From Pristiophorus japonicus (Eukaryota): a stretch of DNA of 64,000 nt. Where the stretch lies: contig NC_091989.1 in assembly GCF_044704955.1 (NCBI RefSeq), positions 8,990,001 through 9,054,000 of the forward strand, in the 5' to 3' direction. The position numbers and the translations under genes were made by a program. The notes below the pieces were generated by a model. That model had not been told where the DNA came from. It was given only the letters and a program-made list of their open reading frames with translations, and did not search any database. Below are positions 37,541 through 49,800 of this stretch, piece after piece. Every line of letters begins with the position of its first letter. Position 1 is the stretch's first letter.

Positions 37541-37738
37541 TGATAGAGAATTCAAACAGGCTGCATTTAGACAGGTTGAGAAAACACAGACTCCCATGTC
37601 TACGTGCAACTGAGCACATTGCATTAAGTCATCAATCAACATTGACATTTTAGGACCTTTGGGTAGCGAGCCAATTAAAGGTTAAAAGACTATCAAATGA
37701 GCCAATAAGGTCAAAGAAGGCGAGTTCTTTTCTGTAAA
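37541..37738 (+). repeat. 5' LTR, U3 part only
   Basis: Matches 43425-43621 with 3 substitutions and 1 indel, then joins directly to gag. Confidence 0.93.
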
Positions 37739-38318
37739 CACTGGCTGCAAGACAGACTGGGGAAAAATTGCAGCCTGCCAACAGAAAGGAACAGAGGAGG
37801 TCCTGGAGTATGACGAGCGGTTTAGATGCACGTGGCTAGAACATTCGGGTATGAATAATACGGATGAGGAAATGGATGAACAAGTGTTTGGACCCCTGAA
37901 AGCAGCTTTCGTGGCAGGTCTAAAGCCAGAACTGTCCAAAATGCTTAAGGTAGTGTTACCGGACTGGGAAGGTAGAGGAACTACCTTTGCAGCATTGGTG
38001 GATCGATGTGACCAATTAGATCGGGATATGGGAGCTAAAGTCCGAGCTGTACAGGCTATGGGATGGAAATCCCAGGATTCCGATAAACATTTATTCGGAA
38101 AATTACCCAGAAAATGTCATTATTGTGGGAAAGAAGTTCAATGGGCCAAGACGTGCAGGGCAAAACAGCAAGGTCGTGGCCGGGGAAGAGGACGCAGCCA
38201 GGGATACAATTCAGCCAACAAACCAGGCTTGTCACAAGATAACGACCTCATAGAAGCATTTAAGCGACTGACAATACAACAACAGAAGGAGTTACTTGGG
38301 ATAGCAAAAAACAATTAG
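37737..38318 (+). pseudogene. gag: ERV gag, 5'-truncated (CA C-terminal part and NC)
   Basis: Open frame upstream of ORF 37851 contains the major homology region CQQKGTEEVLEYDERF; degenerate zinc knuckle CHYCGKEVQWAKTC; RG-rich tract; TAG at 38316. Confidence 0.9.
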
Positions 38319-38392
38319 AGCCCACCCTGGCCCCCCTCCTCGCACTAATACAACAAAGGGGAGATGGGCTATATATAACTGTGAGGGTGGGC
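38306..38392 (+). other. Candidate -1 programmed ribosomal frameshift signal
   Basis: A_AAA_AAC at 38306-38312 in gag phase, 7-nt spacer, GCCCACCCT (38320-38328) complementary to AGGGTGGGC (38384-38392); protease lies in the -1 frame. Confidence 0.7.
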
Positions 38393-41300
38393 GATAAGGA
38401 TGTGGACTGTCTTTTAGACACAGGGGTGGAATTAACATGCTTACCCCTACAATATGGAGACTTTTTGCCGTTGGATGGTAGGGCACATACAGCCTATGGA
38501 GTTGGGGGCCATAAAATGGAAATTAAAAGGACAACACCGATACTTATAGGGCTGGGTCCACATGAACTAACCACGCCGGTCTGGATAGGCCCAGTAGATC
38601 AACCCCTTTTGGGAATGGACGTTCTAATCCAAGTAGATTCATCGTTGCATTTCGAGGATGGTCGGGTGACATGGTCAATTAGAACTTTGAAGAAAGAAGA
38701 ATTGAAGGAACACCCGATATGGGCTAAAGATAAGAACGATTGTGGCCTACTCCAGATTTACCGGGACCAAGCCTCCATGCACTAAACAGTATCCCATCAG
38801 TCCAACTGCCATCGCAGGAATCTTACCGGTTATTCAGCAATTGGAGAAACAAAGGGTGCTTATTAAAACGCATAACTCCTCCAATAGCCCCGTGTGGCCG
38901 GTACAGAAATCTAATAAGACTTGGCATTTGACTGTCGATTATAGGAAAGCTAACCAGTGTATTGATCAAAAAGCTCCTTTGGTCGCAGATCCCTCCACCA
39001 TTTTTAATGCCCTCAAACCGGAACATAAATATTTCTCGGTTATAGATATGGCCAACGGATTTTGGTCGGTGCCTCTGGCACCAGAGGTTCGACAGTGGTT
39101 TGCTTTCACGGTCCAAGGACAACAGTATACTTGGACCCGGTTGCCGCAGGGTTTCCACAACAACGCTATGGTATTTCACATGGCTTTACAAAGCCATTTG
39201 CGAGAATTACCTCCCTTGTCGTCCACAGTCATCCAATATGTAGACGATATCCTGCGAGCTTCAAACACGGAAGAACAGCATGAACAAGATTTATGAGCTT
39301 TGCTGGACCACCTTTGGCTGAAAGGACATAAAGCCAACATCGACAAAGCACAAATATCCCAAGAAGAGGTTGTATACCTGGAACAAAAGATTTCACAAGA
39401 AAAGAGAGAACTTACCCAGGATAGAACTGCAGCCATTCAGGCTGCTAAAAAAACCACCACTATTCAGGAACTAAGATCTTTTTTGGGATTGTGTAACTTT
39501 AACAGAAATTGGATTGACTCCTTCACACAGCTTGCTCAGCCATTGAATGATATTTTAAAGGTGAAACGTGCCTCTAAAGAAGCCATCACCCTCACTAAGG
39601 AACAGCAAGAGGCCTTCCTGAGTTTGAAAAAGGCTTTGTGTTCGGCACCGGCTCTGGGAATCTCCGACAGTGGTAAGCCATTTACCCTGTTTGTCCATGA
39701 GAAAGAAAGATATATGACAGCTATACTGACACATGAACATGGGGATCGGCAAAGACCTATTGGCTATTATTCGGCAAAACTCGATGCGGTAGCCCTCGGA
39801 TGGGGAAGTTGCCTAAGGGCCATGGAAGCTACATGTCGAGCGGTAATAATCACTGCGGGTCTAGTCCTCGACCAAAAGCTGATTGTCAAGTGTCCCCACA
39901 CCGTACATGCTTTGCTGTCTATGAATACAATGTCTCAGGTGACGGCAGCTAGATGGACCCGCTGGACAGCAGTTTTGGAAGCTCCTAATCTCCATATCGT
40001 CCGGGCCAGCCCGGTTAATCCCGCAACTATGCTCCCAATGTCAGAATCGAGGGAGCAAGAGGGGGGAGAATGTGAAGAGCATGACTGCGTGGAGATTTTA
40101 AAAGAAACAGAAGAAGCAGCCTTAGCAGCAGAGGAGCCTCTGCACAACCCAGACCTCATCCTGTTTACAGATGGTTCCTCCTTTATTGACAATGGTACCA
40201 GAAAAGCAGGATGGGCAGTTACAACCTTATATGAGGTAGTGGTAAAAGGATGTTTACCCTCAGGAACGTCAGCACAACAGGCCAAGTTACGGGCCCTGTC
40301 AGAAGTATGTCGAATAGCAGAAGGACAGACAGCTAATGTCTACACAGATTCGCGTTATGTTTTTGGAGTCGCTCACGACTTTGGTCTGTTATGGCGGAAA
40401 AGAGGATTCCTCACTGCTGCTGGTACACCGATCTGAAATGGAAAAGAAGTCCGAGACTTACTAGAGGCCATACAATTACCTCAGGAAGTGTCCATCCTGA
40501 AGTGCAAGGCCCATACCAAGGAAAATATCACAGAAGCACAGGGAAATGCCTTAGCCGACCAGGCAGCTAAAGATGCCGCCTCACAGGGCGTTCCTCCAGA
40601 AGAACCAACACAGATGTGCAGATTGAAAGCACTCAGGACTCTGACTCGAGACCTTCAAACAATGCAAGTGCTCCCAAGAGGAAAAATGGACATGGATTGA
40701 GGCAGGAATTAAGCTATGTGAAGATGGTGTCTGGAGACAAAGAGTTACCGACAAGCCAGTCGCGCCACAAGCGCTTATGCCTTTTTTAGCCCAACAGATC
40801 CACTCGTGGGGACACTTGGCCTCACAACAGATGACAGCACAGTTCCAGAAAAGCTGGTGGGGTCGGGGATTTAAAAAACATGCCCAGCTGGTAGCAGACC
40901 GCTGTGTGGTCTGCCAGAAAAATAATTCTGGACCCATCACGGTAATGCCCCAACTGAGGCCCCCTGCCCCTATCGGACCATTCCAGCATCTGCAGGTTGA
41001 TTATATATCTCTTCCTTCATGCCAAGGACACACTAACATTCTTGTCATGGTCGACAGATTCTCTAGATGGGTAGAAGCTGTCCCAACTAAAAGAGCCACA
41101 GCCAATCACACTGCAAAGGTCTTGTGGAAGGATTACATTCCCCGATGGGGAGTCCCGAGTAGCATTGACTCAGATCAGGGAACACACTTCACAGGTTCTG
41201 TCTGCCAAGAAGTCTGTAGGTTACTGAACATTACGTGGGATTTACACTGTCCTTATCATCCACAATCATCAGGACAAGTAGAACGAATGAATCGAACTCT

Positions 41301-41772
41301 GAAACAACAGCTTGCCAAATATCACCAAGAAGGAACACCATGGCCCGAGGCACTACCAATAGTGCTATGTAGCATTAGGGCAACCCCAAACAGAACTACA
41401 GGTCTAAGCCCATTTGAAATTATAACAGGAAGACCCATGTCGCTGCCAGAAACTATCGATTTACGGAAAGCTGATGTTCACTGAATGAGTGACGCTTTGT
41501 TATCATACTGTCAGAACCTAACCAATGCTATTAGTTCTGTTTCCCAACAGGTATCGGCAGCTTGGGGTAATCCACCCGAAGGAGGACACGACATCATCCC
41601 GGGAGTCTGGGTGTATGTGAAAAAGTTGCATAAAGAACCTTTGGGTGCCAAGTGGGAGGGACCTTATCAAGTGTTATTGACCACCCAGGCAGCTGTTAAA
41701 GTCCAAGGAAAGAAAGCCTGGATCCACGCTTCACACGTTAAACGAGCACCCGTAACTGAAGCTGAAATCTAA
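38306..41772 (+). pseudogene. pol: ERV pro-pol (protease, RT, RNase H, integrase), disrupted
   Basis: LLDTG; WPVQK...VDYRKAN; RLPQGF; YVDD; FTDGSS, YTDSRY, KCKAH; HSWGH...CVVC, DSDQG, VERMN, WEGPY. Stops at 39294, 40434 and 41482; frameshifts near 38755 and 40665. Confidence 0.95.
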
Positions 41773-41796
41773 TAAGGACAATTATTTTTTGCCAAA

Positions 41797-43176
41797 ATGT
41801 ATAAATTTACTGTATTCCTGACTGTAGGTATTCTAGGCATAGGCCTACTTCTTACTAGCCGACCCTCTGCACCAAATGGAAATAGTAGGGTAGCAAGGTA
41901 ATTACATGTAAATACCTTTTTATATATGTCATACATTTATGCCAAACAAGGTAACATTTCTAGTTGTTGGGTGTGTACGCATATTCCTATTCACTCAAAG
42001 GGAGGGATTCCCTTGAGGCCAGTTCCCTTGAATATCTCGGAAATGGCTGAGTGGATAATTTATCAAAACAAAACAGGCAAGGCATTTCAGGATAAGGAAA
42101 ACTGGGCACGTAAATGGAAGTCAGCAGGTTACAATCTGACTACCTTTGAAGGGGGATACTAACCGTGCTACAATAATTCCAAACGGCCCCCATTTTTTGT
42201 TATCACTAATACAACGGGAATAGGAAGACCAAGGGAATCGGTCTGTCTGATTAGAAACATCAAAGGAGGCCAAAATATGGTGTATAGTAATTGCTCCCGG
42301 AATTATAATATAATCAAGCCACGGAACCGTCCAAACTGAGCCGATGTGGGAATTTTTAACGTAACGGGGATTCTGAATAAAACAGATGGAAAAACCTGGA
42401 CAGGCCCTGGAGTGTTGCTGACAAAGAAACAGCTAACATTCATTGCCTATAATGGCACCTATTGGCTGTGTGACCACAAGGCCTACCCTTGGCTGCCCCA
42501 GAATTGGACGGGATCCTGCTATTTAGCCTACATTGTGCCTTATATGTATCATATAAAGTCACTGTCGGAACATTTACACCGTCCTAAGAGCGCTATCACA
42601 GAAACAGAGAGGTTCGTTGCCATTCTGATCCCCAGGTATGGGACCGCCAGACTGGCAAGGGAATCCATCAACATGGCATCCGTTGTGGAACGGGTAGCCA
42701 ATGATACCTCAGAGGCCCTAGTTAAAATCAATGCAGAAATGGTAGCAATCCGCACAGTAACCCTACAGAATAGACTGGCCCTTGGTTACATCCTGGCTGA
42801 AAAGGGAGATACTTGCGCCCTACTCAGAACTGAGTGTTGCACGTATATCCGAGATAGCTCCGAAGAAATGACCCACTTAGCGGAGCATATCCAAAAGGAG
42901 GTAGAAAAACTTAAGCAACTCCCATCATTCACTTTGTGGAGCGGTGCCACTGAATGGCTAGGTTCAATAGGAACTTCATTGGTGGAAGGTTTAATTTTAT
43001 TTGTTGTAATTATTTTACTTTTATATTGTTTGTTTATGTTGATTAAATGTTGTTGCGACCAGGCGGCTGTAGCTGCTGTCCCGCAGGTGAGACACCTTGC
43101 AGGTCCCAGCAGACCGTCTGTACGTGGCACAGGGGTATGTTATGCTTCATGGAAGGTTGTTTACTGGTTGAACTAA
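41797..43176 (+). pseudogene. env: ERV env, gamma-type, single frame with three premature stops
   Basis: ATG 41797 with hydrophobic signal peptide, SU CWVC (CXXC), mutated furin site HRPKS/AI, immunosuppressive domain LQNRLALGYILAEKG, CX6CC (CALLRTECC), TM helix. Confidence 0.93.
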
Positions 43177-43424
43177 AATATTGATTTGGATTAAATTGGA
43201 ATAAGGTTAATTAACCTACTAAAACCAGACTTCCATTGTGGCCACGATGGAACTCGGGTTGGTGTAAATTTGTGTGGAAGCTACTAGTCCGGACATGTGG
43301 CGAAACACATCAACAAATTTTAGAAGGAAACTCTATTAACATGTATGAAATTATTTTGTAGAATGTTTAACCAGTGATACCTGATGTTTTATGATTCAGT
43401 TTGTGAAAGAATCAAAGGGGGGAT

Positions 43425-43775
43425 TGATAGAGAATTCAAACAGGCTGCATTTAGACAGATTGAGAAAACACAGACTCCCATGTCTACGTGTGACTGAGCA
43501 CATTGCATTAAGTCATCAATCAACTTGACATTTTAGGACCTTTGGGTAGCGAGCCAATTAAAGGTTAAAAGACTATCAAATGAGCCAATAAGGTCAAAGA
43601 AGGCGAGTTCTTTTCTGTAAATTGAACCAGGTATAAGTACAGCCATTTTGACCATGTAGTCTCAGAAGGACAAAGGCCTGGCTTAAAGCCAGAAGCTTGT
43701 TGCTGCTGCCAAAATAAAGTTACATTAAAACTACAACCGGAGTTCGTATTTCATTGGAAATTAAGAGATCTAACA
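43425..43775 (+). repeat. 3' LTR, complete (351 bp)
   Basis: TGATAG...CTAACA; two GAGCCAAT boxes, TATAA at 43632, AATAAA at 43713. Confidence 0.95.
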
Positions 43776-43881
43776 CCAAGAATGCTGAAGCCTGTCAAGA
43801 ATGCGTTTGAACTCAGGCACTCCGGCGACCTTTCGAAATGAAGCAGAAGTCTCAGGATCACTCCTTGGAGGCAACGGCTGC

Positions 43882-44274
43882 CCTCTCCTCCCATGGCCCA
43901 CGATTCCACTGTAAGAGCCACCAAAGACTAACCTCTCCTCCCATGGCCCACGATTCCACTGTAAGGGCCACCAAAGACTATCCTCTTCTCCCATGGCCCA
44001 CGATTCCACTGTAAGGGCCACCAAAGACTATCCTCTCCTCCCATGGCCCACGATTCCACTGTAAGGGTCACCAAAGACTAACCTCCCCTCCCATGGCCCG
44101 CGATTCCACTGTAAGGGCCACCAAAGGCTCACCTCTCCTCCCATGGCCCACGATTCTACTGTAAGGGCCATCAAAGACTATCCTCTCCTCCCATGGCCCA
44201 CGATTCCACTGTAAGGGCCACCAAAGACTAACCTCTCCTCCCATGGCCCACGATTCCACTGTAAGGGCCACCAA
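43882..44274. repeat. Minisatellite, 50-bp unit, ~8 copies
   Basis: CCTCTCCTCCCATGGCCCACGATTCCACTGTAAGGGCCACCAAAGACTA(A/T) at exact 50-bp period. Confidence 0.95.
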
Positions 44275-44409
44275 TGCAGTAGGAGAGGGACACAATGAAG
44301 CTGAGCTGTGGCCAAGAGTTCTCTTTGAGTAAGCAACAGGAATGGTCAAAACAAGGTTAAAATGCCAGGATTAGTCGGGGGTGGGGTGGGGGGTGCAGAG
44401 GGTTATTCA

Positions 44410-44770
44410 GGTACGGTGGTGTAGTGGTTATGTTACTGGACTAGTAATCCAGAGAACATGAATTCATAATCCCACCACGGCCATTTGAGAATTTGAATTC
44501 AGTTTAAGAAATCTGGAAATAAAATCGGCTTTTTTGGTCAATCAGCTAAAGCTGTTGGATGGTCATAAAAGTCCACCTGGTTCACTGATGTCCTTTAGGG
44601 AAGGAAATCTGCCGTCCTTACCCGGTCTGGGCCTATATGTGACTCCAGTCCCCCACCAACGTGGTCGCCTCTTAACTGCCCCCTGAAATGGCCCAGTTGA
44701 CCTTCTCAGGGCAACTAGGGACCGGCAATAAATGTTGGTCTTGCCAACGAGTCCCACATCCCGAGAATGA
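44410..44770 (+). mobile_element. tRNA-headed SINE (second family)
   Basis: GGTGTAGTGGTTATGTTACTGGACTAGTAATCCAG head; body and tail homologous to 17546-18085 and 49432-49800. Confidence 0.75.
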
Positions 44771-45059
44771 ATATTAAATACTAAGCTCGTAGCATGGTAC
44801 CACGGATTGTGATAGCCTGTGGCGTTTTGCACAATTGTGTCATCCAGCAAGGCATTCAGCTAGAGGAGGAGGGAGACACAGATGGTGACACAGTGGAGAT
44901 GGAATGTTAGCCACAGGAAGCAGAAGCAGATGAGTCAACAGACACAGCAACTCTAGTGGTGCTGCGATGTGTAAAGGACTGTTATCAATGCACATTTCCC
45001 CACATGGAAAACCCCAAAATTGCGCCCAAACTTCCTTTACATTAATTCCACCTCGTTGT

Positions 45060-45873
45060 GGGAAGAACGAAGTCATTGTTTTCAGTCCCCGCCACAAACT
45101 CCGTTCCTTAGCTACTGACTCCATCCCTCTCCCCAATTTCTGTCTGAGGCTGAACCAGACTGATCGTAACCTTGGTGTCGTATTTGACCCCGGAATGAGC
45201 TTCCGACCACATATCCGCAGCATAATTAAGACCGCCTATATCCACCTCCGTAACATCGCCCGTCTCCGCCCCTGCCCCAGCTCATCCGCTGCTGAAACCG
45301 TATCGATTCCTTTGTTACCTCTAGACTTGACTATTCCAACGCACTCCTGGCTGGCCTCCCACATTCTACCCTACGTAAACTTGAGGTGATCCAAAACTCG
45401 GCTGCCCATCTCCGAACTCACACCAAATCCTGCTCACCCATCACCCCTGGCTCCCGGTTAAGCAACGACTCGATTCTCATCCTTGTTTTCAAATCCCTCC
45501 ATGGCCCTCGCCCCTCCCTATCTCTGTAATCTCCTTCAGCCCCACAACCCCCCCCGAGATGTCTGCGGTCCACTAATTCTGTCCTCTTGAGCATCCCTGA
45601 TTATAATCGTTCCACCGTTGGTGGCCGTGCCTTCTGTTGCCTGGGCCCCAAGCTCTGGAACTCCCTGCCTAAACCTTTCCGCCTCTCTACATCTCGTTCC
45701 TCCTTTAAGATGCTCCTTAACACCTACCTCTTTGACCAAGCTTTTGGTCATCTGCGCCAATTTCTCCTAATGTGCCTCAATGTCAATTATTTTGTGTCAT
45801 AATGCTCCTGTGAAGCGCCTTGGAACGTTTTACTACATTATAGGCGCTATATAAATACAAGTTGTTGTTGTTG
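45060..45873 (+). mobile_element. L2 LINE 3' fragment
   Basis: RNLGVVFDP.MSF..HI...AY.HLRNIARLRP; (TTG)n tail. Confidence 0.9.
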
Positions 45874-45944
45874 ATGGAGAGTAGATAGAGAGAAACTGTT
45901 CTCGTTGGTGGAAGGGTCGAGAACCAGAGGACACAGATTTCTCT

Positions 45945-46385
45945 TAGGCAGTCCCTCGGAGTCGAGGATGACTTGCTTCCACACTAAAAATGAGTCCTCG
46001 TGTGACTGATGAGACCAATTTGGGATCTACAGTCTCTGTCACAGGTGGGTTAAACGGTGGGTGAAGGAATGGGTGAGTGGGTTGCCACACGCTCCTTCCA
46101 CTATTTACACTTGGCATCAGCTTTCTCTCAGTGTAGAGACTTGAAGTGTTTGGTGCCTTCCGAATGCTTTTTCCTCCACTTTGTACGGTCTTGGGCCGGG
46201 GATTCCCAGGTGCCGGTGGGGATGTTGCAGTTTTTTAAGTAGGATTTGAGGGTGTTCTTGATGCATTTCTTCTGCCCACCTGGTCATGTCGGAGCTCCAA
46301 GTAGAGCGCTTGTTTTGGGAGTCTAGTGTCGGGCATGCGGAAAACATGGCCCGTCCATCGGAGCTGGTCGAACGTGGTCAGTGCT
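45945..46385 (-). mobile_element. RTE LINE 3' fragment
   Basis: DQLRWTGHVFRMPDTRLPKQALY; RTE tail. Confidence 0.85.
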
Positions 46386-46388
46386 TCA

Positions 46389-49300
46389 CAAGAACATAAG
46401 AAATAGGAACAGGAGTAGGCCATACGGCCCTCGAGCCTGCTCCACCATTCAATAAGATCATGGCTGATCTGATCATGGACTCAGCTCCACTTCCCTGCCT
46501 GCTTTATTCCCTTATCGCTTAGAAATCTGCTCATCTCTGCCTTAAATATATTCAATGACGCAGCCTCCACAGCTCTCTGAGGCAGCGAATTCCACAGATT
46601 TACAACCCTCTGAGAGAAGAAATTTCTCCTCATCTCAGTTTTAAATGGGCGGCCCCTTAACCTGAGACTATCCCCTTTTTTAGTTTCCCCTATGAGTGGA
46701 AATATCCTCTCTGCAACCACCTTTTCAAGCCCCCTCATTATCTTATATATTTCGATAAGATCACCTCTCATTCTTCTGAACTCCAATGTGTCTAGGCCCA
46801 ACCTACTCAACCTATCTTCATAAGTCAACCCCCTCATCTCCAGAATCAACCTAGTGAACCTTCTCTGAACAGTCCCCAATGCAAGTATATCCTTCCTTAA
46901 ATACGAAGACCAAAACTGTACGCAGTACTCCAGGTGTGGCCTCACCAATACCCTGTACAGTTGTAGCAGGACTTCTCTGCTTTTATACTCTATCCCCCTT
47001 GCAATAAAGGCCAAGATTCCATTTGCCTTTTTGATTACTTGCTGTACCTGCATACTAACTTTTTGTGTTTCATGCACAAGGACCCCAGGTCCCGCTGCAC
47101 TGCAACACTTTGCAATTTTTCTTCATTTAAATTATATTCCTATTATTTCAGCCAAAGTGGATAACCTCACATTTTCCCACATTATGCTCCATCTGCCAAA
47201 TTTTTGCCCACTCACTTATCCTGTCTATATCCCTTTGCAGATTGTTTGTGTCCTCCTAATTTGCTTTCCCACCCATCTTTGTATCATCAGCAAACTTGGC
47301 TACATTACACTCGATCCCTTCATCCAATTCATTAATATAGATTGAAAATAGTTGAGGACCCAGCACCGATCCCTGCGGCATCCCATTAGTCACTGTTTGC
47401 CAACCGGAAAATGACCCATTTATTCCGACTCTCTGTTTTCTCTCAGTTAACCAGTCCTCTATCCATGCTAACATATTACCCCCAACCCCCTGAGCTTTTA
47501 TCTTGTGCATTAACCTTTTATGTGGCACCTATCTTATCGAATGTCTTCTGGAAATCCAAATACATCACATCTACTGGTTCTCCCTTATCCACCCTATTCG
47601 TTACTTCCTCAAAAAACTCCATCAAATTTGTCAAACATGATTTTCCTTTCATAAAACCATGCTGACTCTGCTTGATTGAATCATGCTTTTCCAAATGTCC
47701 CGCTACTGCTTCTTTAATAATGGACTCCAGCATTTTCCCAACGACAGATGTTAGGCTAACTGGTCTATAGTTTCCTGCTTTTTGTTTGCCTCCATTTTTA
47801 AATAGGGGCGTTACATTTACGGTTTTCCAAACCGCTGGGACCGCCCCAGAATCCAGGGAATTTTGGTAGACTACAACCAATGCATCCACTATCTCTGCAA
47901 CCACTTCTCTTAAGACCCTAGGATGAAGCCATCAGGTCCAGGGGACTTGTCCGCCTTTAGTCCCATTTCAACTAATACTACTTCATTAGTGACAGTGATT
48001 GTATTAAGTTCCTACCTCCCTATAGTCCCTTGATTATCCACTATTGGGATGGTTTTAGTGTCTTCCACCGTGAAGACCGATACAAAATATTTGTTCAGTG
48101 TCTCTGCCATTTCCCTGTTCTCCATTATTAATTCCCCAGTCTCATCCTCCAGGGCGCCAACATTTACTTTAGCCACTCTTTTCCTTTTTATGTAATTGTA
48201 GAAACCCTTACTATCTGTTTTTACATTTTGTGATAGTTTACTTTCATAATCTATTTTCCCTTTCTTAATAATTTTTTTAGTCGTTCTTTGCTGGCTTTTA
48301 AAAATTTTCCAATCCTCTGGCCTGCCACTAATCTTGGCCACATTGTATGCCTTTGTTTTCAATTTTACACCATCCCTTATTTCCTTAGTTAGCCACAGAT
48401 GGTTATCCCTTCTCTTACAGACTTTCCTTCTCATTGGGATATATTTTTGTTGCGAGTTATGAAATATCTCTTTAAATGTCTGCCACTGCTCATCAACCGT
48501 CCCACACTTTAGTCTATTTTCCCAGTCCACTTTAACCAACTCTGCCCTCATACCTTTGTAGTTTCCTTTATTTAAGCTTCGGACCCTGGTTTGAGAACCA
48601 GCTTTCTCACCCTCCAACTGAATTTGAAATGTAACCATATTATGGCCACTCATTCCTAGAGGATCCTTTACTAAGAGATCATTTATTAATCCTGTCTCAT
48701 TACGCAGTACTAGATCTAAGATAGCCTGCTCCCTGGTTGGTTACACAATGTACTGCTTAAGGAAACGATCCCAGATACACTCTACGAACTCCTCCTCAAG
48801 ACTACCTTGGCCAATTTGCTTTGTCCAATCAACATGAAGGTTAAAATCGCCCATGATTATTGCCGTTCCTTTATTACAAGCCTCCATTAGTTCTTGATTT
48901 ATACTCTGTCCAACAGTGTAGTTACTGTTAGGGGGCCTATAGACTACGCCCACCAGTGACTTTTTCCCCACATTATTCCTTATCTCCACCCAAACTGATT
49001 CAACATCTTGATCTTCTGAGCCAATATCGTTTCTCACTAACGCACTGATCTTATCCTTTATTAACAGAGCTACCCCACCTCCTTTTCCTTTCTGTCTGTC
49101 CTTCCGAATTGTCAAATACCCCTGAATATTTAGTTCCCAGCCTTGGTCACCTTGCAACCATCTCTGTAGCGGCTATCAGATCGTACCCATTTGTATCTAT
49201 TTGTGCCGTCAACTTATCAATTTTGTTACAAATGCTATGTGCATTCAGATAAAGAGCTTTTAAATTTGTTTTCTTACCATTTTTTCTTGCTTGTTTCTTC

Positions 49301-49403
49301 TGTCCTTCAAACTCACTTTCTACATTTTTGCTTTCTAATTCCAGCTTTACTCCGCTCCCTACTGAATCTATTCTCAGGTTCCCATCCCCCTGCCAAGCTA
49401 GTT
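46389..49403 (-). mobile_element. CR1 LINE with most of ORF2 (endonuclease and RT), decayed
   Basis: APE motifs GGGVAL, GVVYRPPN, MGDFN; RT motifs NYRPVSLTS, YLDFQK.FD, PQGSVLGP, FADDTK; 3' tail at 46389. Confidence 0.95.
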
Positions 49404-49431
49404 AACGTTTCAAGTCGATGAGCCTTTGTCG

Positions 49432-49800
49432 GTACAGTGGTTCTGTTACTGGGCTAGTAATGCAGAAGGCTGGACTAATTATCCAAGTAAATCCCACCGC
49501 GGCAGCTGGGGAATTTAAATTCAGTTAATTAAATAAATCTGGAATAAAAAAGCTAATATCAGTCATGGCGACCATGAAACTACCAGATTGTCATAAAAAA
49601 AAATCTGGTTCACTAATGTCCTTTAGAGATTAGATCTGCCGTCCTTACCTGGTCTGACCTATATGTGACTCCAGACCTACAGTGAGCCACTCAGTTGTAT
49701 CAAACCGTGACAAAGAACAGCGGCTCACCACCCAGGGCAATGAGGGATGGGTAATAAATGCCGGCTTTGCCAGAATTGCCCACATCCCATGAACGAATAA
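49432..49800 (+). mobile_element. tRNA-headed SINE (second family)
   Basis: Homologous to 44410-44770. Confidence 0.75.

Larger units (their letters stand above)
37541..43775 (+). mobile_element. Endogenous retrovirus (class I / epsilon-like) provirus with internal 5' deletion
   Basis: TG...CA termini, TSD CCAAG at 37536-37540 and 43776-43780, paired LTR sequence, PPT AAAGGGGGGA before the 3' LTR, gag-pro-pol-env order. Confidence 0.96.

Noticed and set aside
38316-38350. UAG readthrough as the gag-pol mechanism in this copy
   Set aside because: In-frame TAA nine codons downstream and protease in the -1 frame; it remains possible only if this copy carries an indel.
43882-44274. CRISPR-like regularly spaced repeats
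   Set aside because: Units are head-to-tail with no unique spacers, there are no cas genes, and the context is vertebrate.
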